This document shows, piece after piece, positions 40,701-52,500 of a DNA stretch of 64,000 nt; position 1 is the stretch's first letter; each line of letters starts with the position of its first letter. The notes under the pieces are model-generated. The model saw only the letters and a program-made list of their open reading frames with translations. It was not told where the DNA came from and did no database searches. Origin of the DNA: a virus; the IMG/VR virus record IMGVR_UViG_3300027969_000044, positions 64,001 through 128,000 of that record. One strand, 5' to 3'. Both the position numbers and the translations under genes were made by a program.

Positions 40701-43330
40701 GGATAATTTCCATCGCGAGTTAAATTTACATTGTGTAAAACAACATCCAGCGCATCAGCAGGAGTATATGTTTGTGTAAGGCTAGAAGCATTTTTTAATA
40801 ATGTTAATTTAAATTGATTATATTGCCCACTAACTTTTCTTATAGATCTAACAACATCGTGCTCAGGATCACAAACAAAATAACTGGCAAAACTTAAAGG
40901 GTTTTTATTTGTGATTAAACGTGTGCCATATTGATTAAAATCTGGAATGTCTCGGATATTATTATGGCCAAAGAAATCTCCAACAAAATTGGGATGACGA
41001 TCAGCCGCAGACTTTGCGTGGTCGCTTAACTCACTTAGAGTAAATTGACCGTTAGGACCGTTTAATGGGTTATTAGTATAGCCAATAGATGTTTCATAAT
41101 ATCCTGTGTCAGTAGGAGTTGCTCCAGAATAAATCTTAAAAGTTACATTGTCGTTAACTGATAAAGAATTATTAAATGTTACAAATAATCTATCACGAGA
41201 CGGCAATACTCTATAGTCAGTTACATTAAAGGCTTTTTTATTATTAACAAATACTTCAATATTAGGAGAAATAAATCCCGGATTTCTAATAGCGGTAATT
41301 TCAACATTTTTAGTTGCTTCTTCAATTACCTGGTATTGGATAATTGGAATAACATACTCTTTTGCTTCGGTCCAAACTGTAAGATATTTTTGTTCTGTAT
41401 CGTTAACTTTTAAAAATCCAGAGTTAGTATAAACTGTAGAATTAACCTCGTTTACTAAATTTGTAAATGAGTCAGTCATATAATAGTTGTTAAACAAGTA
41501 ATATCCTTGATCAGCAACGTTTCTATATTCTAAAGGAAATCCTAGAACAGGATCACTAGCCCCAGAACCTACACTATAACCAAACATCTTTGTTCCAACA
41601 AAGTCACTGTTATAATATGTAGAATCAGAAAAACTTCTGCCTTCACTATCAAATACGTCAAACAGGGGCGCTTGGTTTAGTTTCGTTTTTTGTTGTGCTT
41701 TTACCCATGCTCCAACACCGTTAGTAATTGTATAATACCAACTTGTGCCAGCATTAGTTGCGCCATTAGTAACAACAACACTATCTTTTTCATATACTTG
41801 ACTGTCTTCAACTTCAGCAAAATGAAGTCTAAAAGTGCCATCGTTATCAATAAACTCTGCCTTGTATACCTTATCTCTAACCAACGGATCTGTGTCAGCG
41901 GCAAATATAACACGCTGACCTTGTTCAACTAAATGTTGATCAACATAATATCCTATTTGTCCTTCGGCTTCACTAAACGCATCTGTAGTAATTGTATCAA
42001 TGTGATCAACGTTTAATTGCGATTGGCTTCCAAAATTGGACAATTGAATGTTTGGTTTAAATTCAATAATAGGTCGCTTTGCTCTGTATTGTTGTGGCAA
42101 GTTAACATCAGACTTATTTGCTGTTGCTGTTGCAATTAATACATCTTGATGGAACCAACGATTATATCGTGACCACGGATTTTTATCCTTGCTTATTCTT
42201 GAAATAGTAATGTATTCAGGAACAATAGGAATAGTTAAAAAGTTATCAAACGGATACTGATCAAACGGACTAGCATCGAAGTCGTCATCAAGATAATCTG
42301 TATATGCTTCCGGTGTTTGAAGTTCAGCAATATCAATTAATCGAATAGCGGCTCCTACTCCATCAACAATAAAATCTTTGCCGCTATATTTTTCCGGAAT
42401 AACGTCACCAACAAAATGAACTTTCATTCCGTTAGTCAATACCACACCAGCATTAGTAGTGTAATTTTGTTTTCCTAAAACTTCTTTTTCAACGTTAATA
42501 ACAGTATCTTCTGTTAAGGTCTTGACAACAATTTCTCCGCCTGTTAGAATATTGTCTTCGCCTACATAATACAATTTTTTAGGAGTATCGTCGGTGATAT
42601 CAAGTATAACTTGTCCAACAGAAACACCGTTGTTAGATACAGTATCGTTATAAGCATCATCTGTGCCTTCACTACGTTTTGTTTTAATCCAGAAATTATG
42701 TGTGCTATTAACATTGAAAATGTACTTTACGCCCCTATACAATGTCAACAATGGATTTGGTGTAAGGCCGTCTGGAGTTAATACAAAGTAAGTTTTTGTC
42801 AACGGATCATCAGATACGCTGTATGTACTTGCTGTATTTTTAGCAACACCAACAACAGGAATAGTATCCGGGCCTTGCGGTACCCAATAATACTGATCAA
42901 AGTTTATAAACTTATCCCAATCAATGTGTGGGTCATAGCTGTAAAATTTTGGGCGAAATAGTCTGTCTAAATTATTAACAGGCGATCCGTCAAATGCTAA
43001 CTGATTAATTAAATCGTCATAGCTAAATGCTTTAGCAATTTTTTGATTTTTATCTTTAACAATTAATCCCGGCTCAAGTTGATATTTTTTTCTAAAAGGA
43101 AGAGCCTCAGGAATATAAAAATCTTTTGAAGGATTGTATGTTGGAGTAATTTTGCTACCAACCCAGCCGCTGATCTTTTCAATCTTAGCCGGTTGAATAA
43201 GTTGGTCTAATGTACCTGCTAAAAATTTTGTATTTTTATCTGTTCTAAAAACACCAGGAAGTAAATCTACACTACGACGATTGCCACCTGGATTGTTAAC
43301 GTCAACAACATTAATAATACTGTTACCCAT
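28763..43330 (-). CDS. Giant 4855-aa baseplate-associated structural protein (wedge gp7-like position)
   Basis: Uninterrupted ORF directly after the gp6-like gene; ITNPGQGY-type repeats, FG-GAP-like repeats, CBM-like and NIDO-like segments. Confidence 0.75.
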   Translation of the reverse strand: MGNSIINVVDVNNPGGNRRSVDLLPGVFRTDKNTKFLAGTLDQLIQPAKIEKISGWVGSKITPTYNPSKDFYIPEALPFRKKYQLEPGLIVKDKNQKIAKAFSYDDLINQLAFDGSPVNNLDRLFRPKFYSYDPHIDWDKFINFDQYYWVPQGPDTIPVVGVAKNTASTYSVSDDPLTKTYFVLTPDGLTPNPLLTLYRGVKYIFNVNSTHNFWIKTKRSEGTDDAYNDTVSNNGVSVGQVILDITDDTPKKLYYVGEDNILTGGEIVVKTLTEDTVINVEKEVLGKQNYTTNAGVVLTNGMKVHFVGDVIPEKYSGKDFIVDGVGAAIRLIDIAELQTPEAYTDYLDDDFDASPFDQYPFDNFLTIPIVPEYITISRISKDKNPWSRYNRWFHQDVLIATATANKSDVNLPQQYRAKRPIIEFKPNIQLSNFGSQSQLNVDHIDTITTDAFSEAEGQIGYYVDQHLVEQGQRVIFAADTDPLVRDKVYKAEFIDNDGTFRLHFAEVEDSQVYEKDSVVVTNGATNAGTSWYYTITNGVGAWVKAQQKTKLNQAPLFDVFDSEGRSFSDSTYYNSDFVGTKMFGYSVGSGASDPVLGFPLEYRNVADQGYYLFNNYYMTDSFTNLVNEVNSTVYTNSGFLKVNDTEQKYLTVWTEAKEYVIPIIQYQVIEEATKNVEITAIRNPGFISPNIEVFVNNKKAFNVTDYRVLPSRDRLFVTFNNSLSVNDNVTFKIYSGATPTDTGYYETSIGYTNNPLNGPNGQFTLSELSDHAKSAADRHPNFVGDFFGHNNIRDIPDFNQYGTRLITNKNPLSFASYFVCDPEHDVVRSIRKVSGQYNQFKLTLLKNASSLTQTYTPADALDVVLHNVNLTRDGNYPYSDSDMLPYGANVITRNYTVSNIRNNEYSLPNGEFSLDKLNSRGVIVYHTSVSTGEITQLLYKKDYTFDPYLPIVILNIVLTKGDTITVKDYASTVGCFVPFTPTKLGLYPKFEPRMYLDDTYANGPQMVIEGHDGSITLAYGDFRDDILLEFEKRVYNNIKVDYNPDLIDINSVLPGVFRKSNYGYADVMGILEKEFLKWAGFYGFDYETNETIDVDNSKTYNYSTAKNFTINRRIPGNWRGIYRYFFDTDRPHTHPWEMLGFPVQPMWWQEVYGPAPYTSDNLLLWQDLSEGKIADPAGETYNSMYSRPGLLEMIPVDSAGNLLTPDNANVAIGVNPIRTTDSWVFGDGGPVESAWRRNSLWPFAVQILLATTLPADYFSLMFDVSRMKKSVAGQYVYTDTGTFLNPTHLSIYGDVVNDEKVTAAGYSPILVEVGKQERKSFISQLKEELSSLNLQLLHKAGGFLSKDKLEIIIDSVNPSTSNPGVSLNSEDYQIFLNQGNPVQVASISGLIVQRTTDGFILKGYDKTYPYFTIFNPVYTTTDSALTVGGKSEPYVEWQSGGQEIDRPIQVGAINPTGARFYQTGQVVYYNNGWYRVKTSHTSGSTFNSNYFVQLSKLPVDGGVSVIKPRSFETATSLVPYGTVFKTVQEVYDVIVGYAEWLSVQGFVFDEYQEDLSQILDWNYASKEFLYWSSQGWDTDSVITISPFANALKFKSDNGVVDNILNRFYEYSILKADGTIMPSNQISMQRLDNVFTIKTVNTRDGIYFAQLNIVQKEHNIILNNASYFNDIIYDIESGYRQRRIKLKGFRTAEWTGSLNSPGFIYDEAKITDWSAYTDYDAGDVVRYNGTYYSAINSEAGKSTFNFTQWQVLGNKPVADLLPNFDLKINQFEDFYSTDIDNFDIAQQKLSQHLIGYSPRTYLDNIFTDQTTQYKFYQGFIKEKGTRNTINRLDKASLVSLETSIDFNEEWAFRTGAYGAYATEQILEFELNEEKFKENPQIVSFVSQRPINPTDFLLYKTESDLLIKPEFYNNAPFSTTTLDELPTETILPTAGYVRLDDITATAFSKSSLLDIANNRALNDGDTIWLGFRDDKDWDVYRYTLLTPRVIDAVLTIPGTELTITTDVPHDLNPGDLISISQFGTEINGVYQVSVVSDYNVIKVRTTLTGMSTTFVPSVGLLFMFNSARHENLDALADNKVLKHYVFGEKVWVDNNGNDQWSVYEKIDAYDRFTFTNTEVGVLTTRNQQFGYSISSNTDGNFVIVGSPYYKTTVGYTGGEVVVYKKFGSDANQLVKLISIPITLTGGTDTSEFGYCSTSVYDSDANTLDIIVGAPGFASNNGMVQISTLNLSDNTISGTTTLTNPSGPPAPVRFGSAVCMRDKKLYVGSPGHSNLEGRVFVYDFNNLSLVPTVLYSPGLTSGSAFGTSITSSKDGVHYAVGAPGSNNVYVYYGDNVSIIQDIISPDNDGNFGEQVLIDDTGATLFISAPDMQCVYVYVLLNASSTDYVPLQTIKAPNLSTDTRFGVSLAYNNNTLIIGTQGQGIDRGLTFDRSLNANTKTTFDSKTTVFAGNIESSGSVYVYNKLDTKFVLGQSLNNDVVLDNDGYGLAVSALDDAVLVGAPGSAEKGKVYVFNGSDISWSQLRVQEPVVDVRKVNRIFTIDSKEEQVLDYLEIIDPIKGRIPGIADQEIKFKTVFDPAVYSIGITGTVNDTNTNWLDDHVGELWWDLSSIKYVQYEQGDLEFRRNNWGKLFPGCTVDIYEWVKSKYLPSQWAALADTNEGLAQGVSGQPKFSDNSVISIKQVYNPVSNNFANVYYFWVKNKINLPSNPERRLSAFETANLIVDPKAQGIKYASVISESALMLTNIKPTLKDSRIHLSVEMDTLGSDINKHTEWLILRENDPRSTLSIDSPLLQKLIDSYIGRDRLGNPVPDPALPDRLKYGVGIRPRQSMFVDRIGAIRSLIEYLNSIFTRHLVNEENYNFEKLYASEQYPDASDGEYDVLVEDNIEKDAIATRYWRQAKFNFILKNGRIRDIEITDPGFGYGKFSGISTDEFGNFITWKGPVVNFLGDGTGAKVQTIIDISGSIIGVRIVSKGNGYNNLIGTARPHRVIVNLDDTVANRWSKYEWDYTTKTWTRVQTSSFDVTNYWKYIDWSAPGFVPQRTIVKTLQYTYQLPIISVNEGSYVRIDNPGDNKYIILQKLALSNQPGTFNREYNIVFKEKGTIQFLDTLWNNNTNNYGFDSAASWDQTPFSQSNEKELEYITSALVVDILNDDLQIYNNKLWFKAVKYALTEQKFLDWAFKTSFIFINHNAGALDQRPTYKLQNTSYYESYINETKPYHTKIRTFQSNYTASEFTSVVPTDFDMPSYYNTETKSFSVVSFGSPQLLQQPYKNWYNNYTFTVSNALIYSGGSGYRTAPEVKIVSAYGDPGFGATAEAFISLGEVTDIRITNPGQGYLCAPSVEFVGGGNVNVVPARAVARIANNKVRTNKLHIKLDRVSGYNEIGEKRTLDTFIGDDSTREFYLTWYPESNIENFTVKINGILVLPNTYTLENYTETDGYTKKRSKIILGVVPKNKDVVTVAYNKHLSIYNAVDRIRDYYQPVAGMPGNTATMLMSGLEYPGVTVDTLPFRNSAGWDTTGWASSTWDDYSLTAGYHSTYGSDVTTSYTLPYIPAVGQKLTIYTTDNVNGTVVTRRIDDPYYGTTASTNIYATTSTFIGNGIKNTVNVGTLLSTDTIVDFRLTTDDGSVTPSDLDIDTYIDGGTVDKRIARTLDDPRNNSIAGINIDGDGFVTPDNSHGPEENLPGRVSDTLGISVYTRPATSSATISSRKYIADGSNYVFDIGVRPASTASVQVLLGNTPMTWNLDYLVDFNTNQLNVFTVTNVVSTTTDVTGPYYTKTVIGPRREGNFENIIQDTGGNVDDFYQGPYPIGFEWNMFGTKFTELYVGTNGYLTFGGGTGLYTPVAVGVLPFPAIYAEYTDLWQGYGVNGQPLETGEEPGIFRATGTIGNFKYWRMRFQGSHYVKRNDTPTIPAYDYECTLYSDGTNQYVETIYETLFTGPGTGSDIGSVFGIANAGTIGNPGAGVIVSPSQIANNTSHVFYSTKNGGDWKYAGKGSFDPFKPQGLVQTISTSTPQVLSITSVGVGGTRMLESSSVTITGRELSFTEFEFESEYTTIQSEYVTLNGVSITNYIKKTSKNRGRIVIELPNELSIGDVLQVWFFAAPVKAFNEVNEQVFANLSNKERIFKLEPAPGKLAPLHNQAIVTYDGRRLLPPDIVYYVVANNQKTYPVIRGIDYGTVSANDVEVYVNGVKRFVGKDYQFREIKGTISFKAGKIVNGDAIAIVILAGHEYEINETANGTYLTLMRNVEQTGNDTLRVTTYNNHDGLGIRKERFSGNSSGRYLLSRAALNTDYVWVELNGRPLINEEDYKLDSDRMTVRLNVSLAETDDVVITSFDYGSHDLIGFRMFYDNFGRTHYKRLSGANVTELIADLNPSDESISVLDADKLTPPDLVNRIPGVILVDGERIEFYQMIGNRLTQLKRGALGTGIKDQHVAGSSVLDQGINQTIRIKDTPKTINISTTVTSTTSSFDVVSSPEIPDSSVTVSTTTFTSVVTRSYIDQGAILDYTFDLVNAVNYTTFLSFNSDTNYLWAGNNPTAGEVKWLAISEDSIGNKPRANTSWFTRLQTQVANRTSGTISLVAGPVVFDVNALYNGYKKEYETAFGIPLFGPRFVKNSQGTTSTVWYINVTATINPGYTFVPGSAVKLLWQNVSDAYVLNVPRTVVTTKLIPGKRQVTTSTQISTTGTSIWELTGIPFSGSENDLSRQASVYYQGRMLKHSLSEMRKQGTLTYDSGEVTSQGVFGDPIVSDEYRIKRYNDRYFLELFVPLDPTFIDNTGVSKQMESIVRVVYRGTEIWYDISSDKSLVDQTTEQVRFLRASPARLPDKYLYGQNTDSQPVLVTELGDTIDTESGEPFVGE

Positions 43331-43333
43331 TTA

Positions 43334-46300
43334 TTATACCCCTGAAGCAGTTGTTACGATTGGAGTTGAAAGTCCAAGTGCGCTTGATGTTATAGCATCA
43401 ATAATTTCAATGTTGTCAACCGTTGCGGCATTAACAAATAGTTCGTTTGATTGGCATGACACTTCTAACAAACTTCCAAAAGAAGAATTAGATTTTGGTA
43501 CAATTACAAAGTTTGTGATGTCTGGTGTTAATGAGTTCATTACGTAAGTTGAAAGTTCGCTAAAATAGAAAGGCTGGCCAAAGTCCCAATTTTCAATAGC
43601 AAAGAAATTTTGTATTGCTGTAAAAATTCTAGACTTAAGATCGTTATCACTAACATTATAAGAGCTATTTCTAACTGCTTTAAAAGTTGCCTGTAATGAT
43701 AACGGTGCGTTTGAACCAAATAAAGGTTTGTACTTAATAGGTTGGAAAATAATTGTGTCGCTAATAGCCTTAATCTGTTCAAGAGCAGGAGAATAGTTTT
43801 CTTCTAAACTACTGCTAGTTGGAGGTGTTGGTTCTGTTCCAGCACCCGATACTAACCAATTTCTGTAGGAGGTGTCATATGTCTTAGTCAACATAAAAAT
43901 GTCAATTAAGTTTGTCTTGCTAGGATCTAATCTACGATCGTCGCCGCTATTATGCTGATAATGGAATTTTAATCTATTGCGGCCTACAAATGCTAGATAG
44001 TTTGTTGCTAGTTCAAATGTATTTGTAACAGCAGACCATTTCTTAATAACATTAACGTCTGAATTATAAAAATAATATACAAGGCTAGAGTCAAATTCTG
44101 TCACAACATCTTCATTGGGATAAGCTACCACTGTGTCTTCAGCAGGGTCAACTGGCATGTATTTCAAACCGTCATCTGACAATTTAAAATAAACAAAGTG
44201 ATCTTTATATCCAGTATCTGCCGAAATAGCATCAGGCGCAACAATAGCAGTAAAGCTATCGGGGTCGTCTAATTGGCCATCATTTTGAGCATCATAAAAA
44301 CTAACTTTAACTTTTCTAGGATCTTGATAGCCATCTGGCTCAACTACTAAATCGTCAATTTCCCAAGCCAAATCAACTCCTAACGCAGAGTTAGAAGTAT
44401 TACTACTGTTAATTCCCAACACGTTAATTTGATCTTTAATAACTTGTGAATTTACAAAGTCGTAATTTTTTTGACTCTTGTCAAAAAAGAACGAAGTTTC
44501 TTGTTCACTTTCAAACAGATATTCTGTTTTTCTATAATACACTTTGTAGCTCTTTCCTGTCCATTCAAACGCAATTAACCAACTAGAGTCTAGATTCTGC
44601 GATGATGTATCTGCCTGATATAACAATGAGAAAGGGCTGTACAAATCTACGTCTGTTTCAGAAATAATAAACCACTGCCTTGTTTCTCTATCAAAACTTA
44701 ATCCAAAGTTTCTATAAGATACACATAGGTTAACAATTGCAGTTTCTAAACTGTATGACCAAACGTTAACAAGTTTTGGAATAATTTTAGTAGGGACTGC
44801 GCCAGTAGGAATTGCGTTACTTAAAATAACTGGTCCAGTTCCGTCAATTAATTTTCCGTTGCCGCCGTTTGCGCCATCACCGATTACATTAACTACTTTG
44901 GCCCAAATATATTTTGTAGCACCTGGGATATTAGCAGAATCTAATACAATCTTTCCGTTGTAAAAACTACGTGGATAAGTTTTTGTGGGATCAGCTAAGT
45001 CTTTCTTGTCGGAAGCAACAAATTTAACTAACGATCCAGCCGTTACATACTGTAAACTATTTCCACTGAAATATCCTGTTTGCTGAGCTTTTTTACTAAT
45101 AGAATCTTGAAAATATCCAGTAGTTTGATTTGTACTCTTTGTTACTAGATTCCATTCTGTTCCCAATACTGTAGCATCGGGGCGTGGCCATTCTTGATAA
45201 TAGAAATTTCTCAGTCCGCTTGATGCGACTACTGTAGCGAGGTCACCCTTTAATACGCCATAAATTTCATTGCGACTAGTAAAAGTAAATTCAATATTTT
45301 CTTGTGTATTAGTTTTGTACAAGATTCCATCAGTACCAAAAATATTTGTACTAGAATACTTGCCGCTAACATCACTTAACTCGTAATACTTACTAATACC
45401 ACTTGAGGTTCTGTTGATACTTTTAACCTTAAGAATATCTGTACCAGCACTTAACGGACTAATATTGTAATCTTCAGCAGTAATCATGCGATTCTGCGTA
45501 TAGTATGTTTGTGGTGCTTTTAGTTTAATGTCAGCACTTGACTCTGCTCCGCTACTATTGCTTACAGTATATTGTAAACTTAGCGTTAACGTTAATATAT
45601 GAGTCTGACCAATTTTATTTTGATAAGGAACACTAATTTGTATGCCGCGCATTTGGTCAGGTTTAATAACGTAGTTCAACCCGTTGCTCTGACGATAGAA
45701 CAAACGGAACGCTCCTTTTGGAAGATTTCCAAAGTTGCCATCAGCAAAGTTCAAATCAATTTGATCACTTTCTCTAGAAATAACCGCATATATGTTTCTA
45801 CTTGAAGAATCTAAACTATTGTAAATTACGTTGTTGCCAGTTAAGCTAGGAACTTTTTCCCATTTAGTTGAATGAGTTCCGTTAGCATCTAACTGCCATA
45901 ACCAAACATCATCATCGTTAATATCATTAACGTTAACAGCAACAATTTCATTTTCAGTTGGTGTTGAGATATCAAAAGAACTGGCCTTTAATGTACCCTG
46001 ACGGAAGCTAACAAAGAAGCCAGTATTTTGACTTCCGCTTCCTCTGCTGTCATTTTTAAATAACATGTTAAATTGACTTGCTGGGCGAGGTGTATCTTCA
46101 TATACATAACTCTTACCCGAGAATGTGCTACTAACAATTTCAAAAGGCATGTTTGTTCCGTCGATTGCTTTGTTGTATGAAAAGACTGGAACATCGGGAT
46201 TGTTGGAATTAATAGTGTATTGTTCTGTATTAATACCGTCAATTACAGCACGGTCGTTTGGGCGGCCAAATGTAAAATTGCCGGGCATAGCAGAATTAAG

Positions 46301-46774
46301 AATAGAAACAAACTGCTGATACCATTCACTGTTTGTGCTGTCATTCCATGTAATTGTAGTTTCTGATAGGTTAGTACCGTTGGTATCTAACACATTATCT
46401 GTTGTATTAACCGCGGAAATCTTTAAAAATCCCTTGGCGGCAACGTTTCTTTTTGGATTATAATTGATTAGTTTAGCAAGACGTAGTATGCTTTCACGAC
46501 GCTCTGCTGTTTCTAAAAAGTTTTCTCTAGCGTTAAGATCAACACGGAAAGATAAGTTTTGACCTAGGTACGCAATAAGGTCAATAAGAGCAATATACTC
46601 ACTAGAATCAATGTAATCGTTAAAGTCTTCTGGATAATTTGCACGTAGATAATTGATCATCGTACGGCGTAGTGTTTCAAAGTCATACGACTTGAAATCC
46701 GCGTTACGGAAGCTTTGGTACAGTTTCTTCCAGTCTTCGGCGACTAAAAGTTTTGTATTTGTTGATGGTATCAT
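43334..46774 (-). CDS. Baseplate wedge protein (T4 gp6-like)
   Basis: DFETLR..M..YL, DY..SS....LIDL.AY, E.FLETA.RRESI..LA..I.Y.P; FGDG-like FADG.FG..P; QNRMITAEDY. Confidence 0.85.
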   Translation of the reverse strand: MIPSTNTKLLVAEDWKKLYQSFRNADFKSYDFETLRRTMINYLRANYPEDFNDYIDSSEYIALIDLIAYLGQNLSFRVDLNARENFLETAERRESILRLAKLINYNPKRNVAAKGFLKISAVNTTDNVLDTNGTNLSETTITWNDSTNSEWYQQFVSILNSAMPGNFTFGRPNDRAVIDGINTEQYTINSNNPDVPVFSYNKAIDGTNMPFEIVSSTFSGKSYVYEDTPRPASQFNMLFKNDSRGSGSQNTGFFVSFRQGTLKASSFDISTPTENEIVAVNVNDINDDDVWLWQLDANGTHSTKWEKVPSLTGNNVIYNSLDSSSRNIYAVISRESDQIDLNFADGNFGNLPKGAFRLFYRQSNGLNYVIKPDQMRGIQISVPYQNKIGQTHILTLTLSLQYTVSNSSGAESSADIKLKAPQTYYTQNRMITAEDYNISPLSAGTDILKVKSINRTSSGISKYYELSDVSGKYSSTNIFGTDGILYKTNTQENIEFTFTSRNEIYGVLKGDLATVVASSGLRNFYYQEWPRPDATVLGTEWNLVTKSTNQTTGYFQDSISKKAQQTGYFSGNSLQYVTAGSLVKFVASDKKDLADPTKTYPRSFYNGKIVLDSANIPGATKYIWAKVVNVIGDGANGGNGKLIDGTGPVILSNAIPTGAVPTKIIPKLVNVWSYSLETAIVNLCVSYRNFGLSFDRETRQWFIISETDVDLYSPFSLLYQADTSSQNLDSSWLIAFEWTGKSYKVYYRKTEYLFESEQETSFFFDKSQKNYDFVNSQVIKDQINVLGINSSNTSNSALGVDLAWEIDDLVVEPDGYQDPRKVKVSFYDAQNDGQLDDPDSFTAIVAPDAISADTGYKDHFVYFKLSDDGLKYMPVDPAEDTVVAYPNEDVVTEFDSSLVYYFYNSDVNVIKKWSAVTNTFELATNYLAFVGRNRLKFHYQHNSGDDRRLDPSKTNLIDIFMLTKTYDTSYRNWLVSGAGTEPTPPTSSSLEENYSPALEQIKAISDTIIFQPIKYKPLFGSNAPLSLQATFKAVRNSSYNVSDNDLKSRIFTAIQNFFAIENWDFGQPFYFSELSTYVMNSLTPDITNFVIVPKSNSSFGSLLEVSCQSNELFVNAATVDNIEIIDAITSSALGLSTPIVTTASGV

Positions 46775-46776
46775 TT

Positions 46777-46805
46777 GCTATCTAACCCTTTGATAGCGTA
46801 TTTAT
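46777..46805 (-). promoter_or_regulatory. Late promoter followed by a hairpin over the ribosome site
   Basis: - strand: ATAAATA-c-GCTATC-aaagggtta-GATAGC-aa-ATG. Confidence 0.6.
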
Positions 46806-46826
46806 GGCGCAGATAAACCAGGTATA

Positions 46827-47261
46827 TTATACAGACATGCCAACATTTTTGTCAAACGTTATCTGCATATTTTCGCTGATGTCAGTACCTTTGTACTTGA
46901 GAGTTAGTTCAATTCTAAAGCCATAGTCGGCTTGTGTGATGTCTACTTGTACAGGTATTACACGGGGATCTGAGGCTAAAATACGATTTATATCTTCTGC
47001 TATTTGCTGTTTAATAGCCGGAGTTAACGGTTCAAATAATGTATCCCATATAGTTGTACCATACGTGGGATTCATCAATCTTTCACCTTTCCGTGTATTA
47101 AAATGATTCAGCAAATCTTGTTTAATTAATTCATAGTCAAATAACTTTACACTGGCTGTCTTGTCGTCAACAGTACTAAACCCCTTATAAAAGTGGCTTT
47201 GTTTTACGGTACGTTGTTCTTTACCGTCTGCTGATGTTATTTGTGTTTTTTTATAGGCCAT
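46827..47261 (-). CDS. Baseplate wedge subunit (gp25/GpW-like)
   Basis: IKQDLLN..NTRKGER.MNP.YGT.I...LFEP...DPRV. Confidence 0.9.
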   Translation of the reverse strand: MAYKKTQITSADGKEQRTVKQSHFYKGFSTVDDKTASVKLFDYELIKQDLLNHFNTRKGERLMNPTYGTTIWDTLFEPLTPAIKQQIAEDINRILASDPRVIPVQVDITQADYGFRIELTLKYKGTDISENMQITFDKNVGMSV

Positions 47262-47266
47262 GACAT

Positions 47267-47273
47267 TATTTAA
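47267..47273 (-). promoter_or_regulatory. Late promoter, probably giving a leaderless mRNA
   Basis: TTAAATA, 5 nt, ATG. Confidence 0.5.
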
Positions 47274-47276
47274 CCG

Positions 47277-49532
47277 TTACGCAGTCATGGTTCCGCCGCC
47301 CTTTTTAATTAGGGCAAGGGCAGTGCCCATGTCTTTTGGATGTTGATTGTACGGTGATCCTGGTAAGCTAGCCCACTCTAAATTACATTTCTTAATGGCA
47401 ACTTCAAATCGACCTGCTTTAATGTCGTCCAATGCCTTGCGGCGTTTTAACAATAAAAGACATGCTTTATCTTGATTCTCGGGACTAAAATCTGCTAGGC
47501 CCAATTGACGTTTACACTCGTCCCAGGTAGTAGTTAAGAACTGATATGCGCCTGCCGCTGTTGAAGTTAGCCCCTTTCCGTTAACTCCAGCAGTAATAGC
47601 TTTTCTAGGATGATCGGCAAAACTATCAAACTTTTTACCAGTAAACATTGTTTTGTATCCGTCGGGCCCAGCGGTGCCTTCGCAATTACGAATCATCCAT
47701 AAAAACGCCGAAATATTATCTTGGGCAACATCTCCTGTCTTAGCAGGCGGTGTGCCACTTGTAGCAGGCGGTACTTTATATTGTGTTGTTGTTTTAGCTT
47801 CTTGACTAATAACTGGACTTGTCTTAGATGACGGTGCCGGAGTAAATGCTGGCGCAGATGAGTACTTAACTTCTTTAGTTTCTTCATTTCGTTTTACTTC
47901 TGATAGAGAATTAATTGTACCTAAGTCGGTAGCAGATTTGCTAAATTTTTCTTTGTTTAGATTTTCGTGTTGGTCCCATGGTTCAAATGTAGGAACACGT
48001 TTTAGTATACTAATTAAATCTTCTGCTTTGTAAAACTTACCATCGCTCCAGCCGTTTTCTTTATCTCTATTAGGAAGTGTAAATTGTTGTAACGGATTTA
48101 CTACACTTGCTAAATCCGGAAGTTCTGCTTCAGTTGAAGCGGTTGCCGCAGTTGCGGCTGGACCATTCATATCAATAGTACCAGCAGTTTCAATATGATG
48201 ACTCGATGTAATATTTGATGACCCTTCGGTTGCTGTAACTTTCCAATCAGTAGCACTTATCAGATTCATGTCAGTATCTGTTTGTATAAACATGCTAGTA
48301 GCAGATTTAATATTCAAGTCTGCGTCAGATTGTATAAACATACTAGAATCTGATTTGATGTTAAAATTACTGTTAGATCTAAAGTAACTACTATCGCTAG
48401 AAGTAACATGTAACTCGCCGGCAGTACTCATTGTTATATTATCTGTTACATTTATGTCAAGTGTACTGCCAATTGTAATAGCGCCCTTGTCATTGACATT
48501 TAGATAGTATCCGCCTTTAACATCTTGATGGAAGTCGCCGCCGGCAAAAAAGTTAATATTTCTCTGAGCTTCAATGTTTACATCACGCTCTGCTCTAAAA
48601 TTAAAATCTGCTTCTGTGTGTATACTAACGCTGTCATTAGCATACATATCAATTTTTCCATCGCTCGATAATTCAATCCAAGCAGTTCCTCTACTGTTAG
48701 CAATATAAACTAAATCCTGGCTGTTATGTAAAAGTATCTGATGTCCAGTCCGTGTTCTAATACGTACTAATTCATTTTCTCCTTTTTCATCGCCGTCATC
48801 CATTACAAATGTTGTGCCGCCTAGTCGACTTACAGGAGTCTGTATACCTTCTGTATTAGGTAAAGTAACTTTTTTACCTTTTGGATCTAAGGGACCGGGC
48901 GTACTAATACCAAAGACTCCACTTGGGATTTCTCTACGTGCGCTACTAGAAGTAACTCCACGAACAGTATCTAACAATAATCCCTGCGCTAACAATCGGT
49001 CGGCAAAAGGATGTATTGGTTTATTGTAAGTGTTTACGTTAGGATTATCAGGTGTTCTAGATTTTTTATGAAATTCACCAGTGGGCAAATTCTTTGTACC
49101 ATATTTCTTTTCTTGTTCGGGAGTTATTTCAACGTTCTGTGTGGACGCAAGACCCGGTGTCATAAAATTTTGATAACGATCTTGAACACACCCAAACCAA
49201 TAACCTTGATTAGGGTCGCCGTCAAGAAAAATAACCATAACAGTACTTCCAATGTCGGGCGGTACCATCCAGAATCCGTAACTTTTTTGTACATCATTAA
49301 AGCTCGCGGAATTTGTACCTTCGTAGCGAACCGAAGTGTTTCCAGCGAACGGACTTAGGTAGTTTACAACATGGGTTTGCTCTGTTTGATTAAAAGTGGC
49401 TCCTGTCTTTTTAAGCAAGGCAACTTCTAACGCACCCATATAACTAGGGTCTAAGTGGTTAGTAATAATTCCTAAGAACGGCCCCGGAGACGGTAATTCC
49501 GAACTTGACGGACCTCTTGTTAACTCTGCCAT
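47277..49532 (-). CDS. Baseplate hub/spike protein (gp5/VgrG-like) with a C-terminal lambda-type lysozyme
   Basis: PPDIGSTVMVIFLDGDPNQ OB-fold, RTRTGHQI, beta-helix repeats; EGT...STAAGAYQFL..TW...FSPENQD...EWASLP. Confidence 0.85.
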   Translation of the reverse strand: MAELTRGPSSSELPSPGPFLGIITNHLDPSYMGALEVALLKKTGATFNQTEQTHVVNYLSPFAGNTSVRYEGTNSASFNDVQKSYGFWMVPPDIGSTVMVIFLDGDPNQGYWFGCVQDRYQNFMTPGLASTQNVEITPEQEKKYGTKNLPTGEFHKKSRTPDNPNVNTYNKPIHPFADRLLAQGLLLDTVRGVTSSSARREIPSGVFGISTPGPLDPKGKKVTLPNTEGIQTPVSRLGGTTFVMDDGDEKGENELVRIRTRTGHQILLHNSQDLVYIANSRGTAWIELSSDGKIDMYANDSVSIHTEADFNFRAERDVNIEAQRNINFFAGGDFHQDVKGGYYLNVNDKGAITIGSTLDINVTDNITMSTAGELHVTSSDSSYFRSNSNFNIKSDSSMFIQSDADLNIKSATSMFIQTDTDMNLISATDWKVTATEGSSNITSSHHIETAGTIDMNGPAATAATASTEAELPDLASVVNPLQQFTLPNRDKENGWSDGKFYKAEDLISILKRVPTFEPWDQHENLNKEKFSKSATDLGTINSLSEVKRNEETKEVKYSSAPAFTPAPSSKTSPVISQEAKTTTQYKVPPATSGTPPAKTGDVAQDNISAFLWMIRNCEGTAGPDGYKTMFTGKKFDSFADHPRKAITAGVNGKGLTSTAAGAYQFLTTTWDECKRQLGLADFSPENQDKACLLLLKRRKALDDIKAGRFEVAIKKCNLEWASLPGSPYNQHPKDMGTALALIKKGGGTMTA

Positions 49533-49534
49533 TT

Positions 49535-52500
49535 TTAAGCTTCACTCCGATTTGATGCCACTAATTTATCTAGTGGGCTTTGAACTTTTGACGCTACACT
49601 TCCAAATTTAGAAGTAACCGATTTACCTAAGTCAGTAACCGAGTCAACTCCAAATCCTGCTATAGCATTTCCGCCTGTTAAACTTGTTAAGTTACTTAAT
49701 CCCGACTCAACTGACCCGGCAGATAACCCGGTAGCACTTGCCATCATTGATTTAGCAGAGCCTAATTTGCCTGCTAATGCTGTAGCATTTAATGAATTTA
49801 ACGACGGTAGACCGTCAGTTGATAAGTTAATATCGGCCGCCGATAGACTAGGAAGGCCGCCGGCAATTCGAGCAGAATTAATCTTACTCAATGCGTCCGG
49901 AGATATCTTTTTAATATCAGGTAACTCCGGAGCAGAAGCAATTAATTCTTTTGCAGTAGCTGGAATATTTTTTAAACTATCAGATGACAAGTTAGCAAGA
50001 GATACTCCCGACTTTGTCACAGCATCCATGTCTACATCAGACGGAACATCTTTTGCCAAATCGCCCAATTGACTAGTGGCCTTGCTTTGTAATTTTCCGC
50101 CCAGGCCGGCAAGTTGAGAAGGATTTACTCCTAAATTCTGTGCCAACGCCGTAGGATCAGTTGGCAAGCCGCCGGCTAATCCTTTTACTTTATCACCTAT
50201 ACCACTTACAAGACCGGCTGCTGACCCACCTATTGATTTTACAGCAGACAACGCAGACGAGCCGGCATTAGAAGCTAATGATGTTAGATTAGAAATATTT
50301 CCAGTTGCAGCCCCCGCAACATCTGAACTTAATGTTGCGTTGGTTAATTGTGATGCGCTAGCAGACGCTTGATCAGCAACATTGGCTGTTAGGTCAGTTG
50401 CGGCAGATTTAGAATTTAATGCGCTACCTGCTATTTTTCCTGCTGATCCTAGTAAGGCGGCAGTACCAAGTCCAATATTAGCAACACCATTTAGTGTGCC
50501 TGCGCTAGCTCTAACAGCGTTAGATATTCCATAAAAATTAATATTACCTCCGGGCAATCCTACTTGTTTAGCAATGCCCGATAAATCTCCAGCAATATTA
50601 CTTGCGCCAGCAACAGCTCCTAATAAAGTACTACCACCTGTTTTAAGAGCTCCCGCAAAATCGCTCAAGTTTCCTGGAAGACCAATACTCGGCAAACCTC
50701 TTGATAATAATTTAGTCACATCAAACGTACTAGGACGAACTCCTGCTTTATCGACTGTAGCTGGAGCAGAATCGGCAACAACTTGTGCTCCAGATTTTGG
50801 CTTGGTAATTAATTCAACTGGGTCTTCTGGTTTAACTCCGTCGTCGGTAATTTGTCCAGGAACTCGAATCAAACTTAAATTTTGTTTAAACTGGCCTTCT
50901 TTAAAATTAGATTTTACAGTTGTTACTTGATAAATGCCGCCATACGATACAAAGTTTTTACTAAACGAGACTAGCCCGGTTTCTGGATCAATGTCGTTTG
51001 GATTTCTAAAGTTAACTCTAATTAATACTTGACCAGCTTGATGATCAGCCGTACCATCTGTTGTTAATCCTTCTTCAGCTTTTGTCGGTAATTGATTTCC
51101 AATTCCGCCCATCACAAGATAAAAAGGATCTCCAACTATTTCCATTTCAGCTGTTGCTTGGTCAACACTTTCAAGAATTGCGTTATGGGCAAATTCAGCA
51201 AACTTATAATAAGGATCTGTCCTAGGTGCGCCAGCACGACCACCTTTAGTTTGATCTTGGTCAGACGGTCTTGAATATACTGACGGAAGTGTACTTTTAC
51301 TATTGTCTTTTGTATCGCTAGCCGTGACAGTAACTTTTGTAGTTCCGTTTGGCCCCATAGCATTTGCCTGTTCAAGACTAGACTCGTTACCTGCTTTAGG
51401 AGGCATAGCTTGAAAATATAAACTATTAAACTGTAACCTAAAACTTAAAATATCTAAGTTTTTTCCTGTATAGATATAGTTGTATACACGCTTAACAATT
51501 GGCATAAGATCTTCCGGATCATGAGCAACACCTTTTTGTAACGGCAGTTTTGTAAAATGTACTTTGTGTGGAATTATAACGTATTGATATGTGTTTAACG
51601 GAAGGCCAGTAATATCATCAAGTTCAGATTTAGGAATAACATTAATCTGTATCAAGAAGTAATCAATCATTCCGTGTTCATCTTTTGCAGCGCCAATATC
51701 TTTCATGATATTTTCAAGATATAAACTATCTCGAATTACCGCTGTAACAATTTCACTAATTTTAGAACCTTGACTAAACTGTATAACACCACCTTGCGGT
51801 TCATATTTCATTCCTTGGCTTTGCGGCGTTGGAGATGTTTTTTCAGACGTAGAATCTGTAGCATTAGCTTGAGCATCTGCCGCTTTAGATTCGCCAGGTT
51901 TGCCTTTCTTTTCAATTGGCACCATTTTTAAAACAGAATTATTTGTTAGATAAGGAGCCATCTTGGCTTTTGATAAAACATTATCTGCTGTCTTTGATAG
52001 TTCTAATTTTTCTCCGTTAGCCGCCGAGTCAGGAAAAACAATTTCATAGCTATCGTGATTGCCTGATTTACCTTCCTTCTTTTCATTAACTGCTCGATCA
52101 ACAACTGTTTTGTTAACGCTTAAAAAGAAAGATCTTAAAACTTCTCCAACAGTACTACCTGTCATTTTAATATCAGTTAAAATCTTATCAGGCTCAGCAA
52201 ATGCCATATCTCCGTTAGGAACACCCTGACAAACATACTTTGTGCCTTGCTCAGTTACTGTAATTTCTACACCAGTAAAATTAAAAACAAAATAGCGACT
52301 ACTATTCTCAATTACTTTAGGAGTAGGCAAATCGTCGTCATCTGGGTAGCCATAGAATTCGATCTTTAATAAAAACGATGCCTGGGCATAGCTTTCAAAC
52401 CCGGCGGCGACAGCTGCCACGTGAAGTGCTTCTAGAAATCCGTTAAGACTTAGTGGTTCAAATACTTCAAATCTAATATTAGTAGCAACTGATGTTCCTT

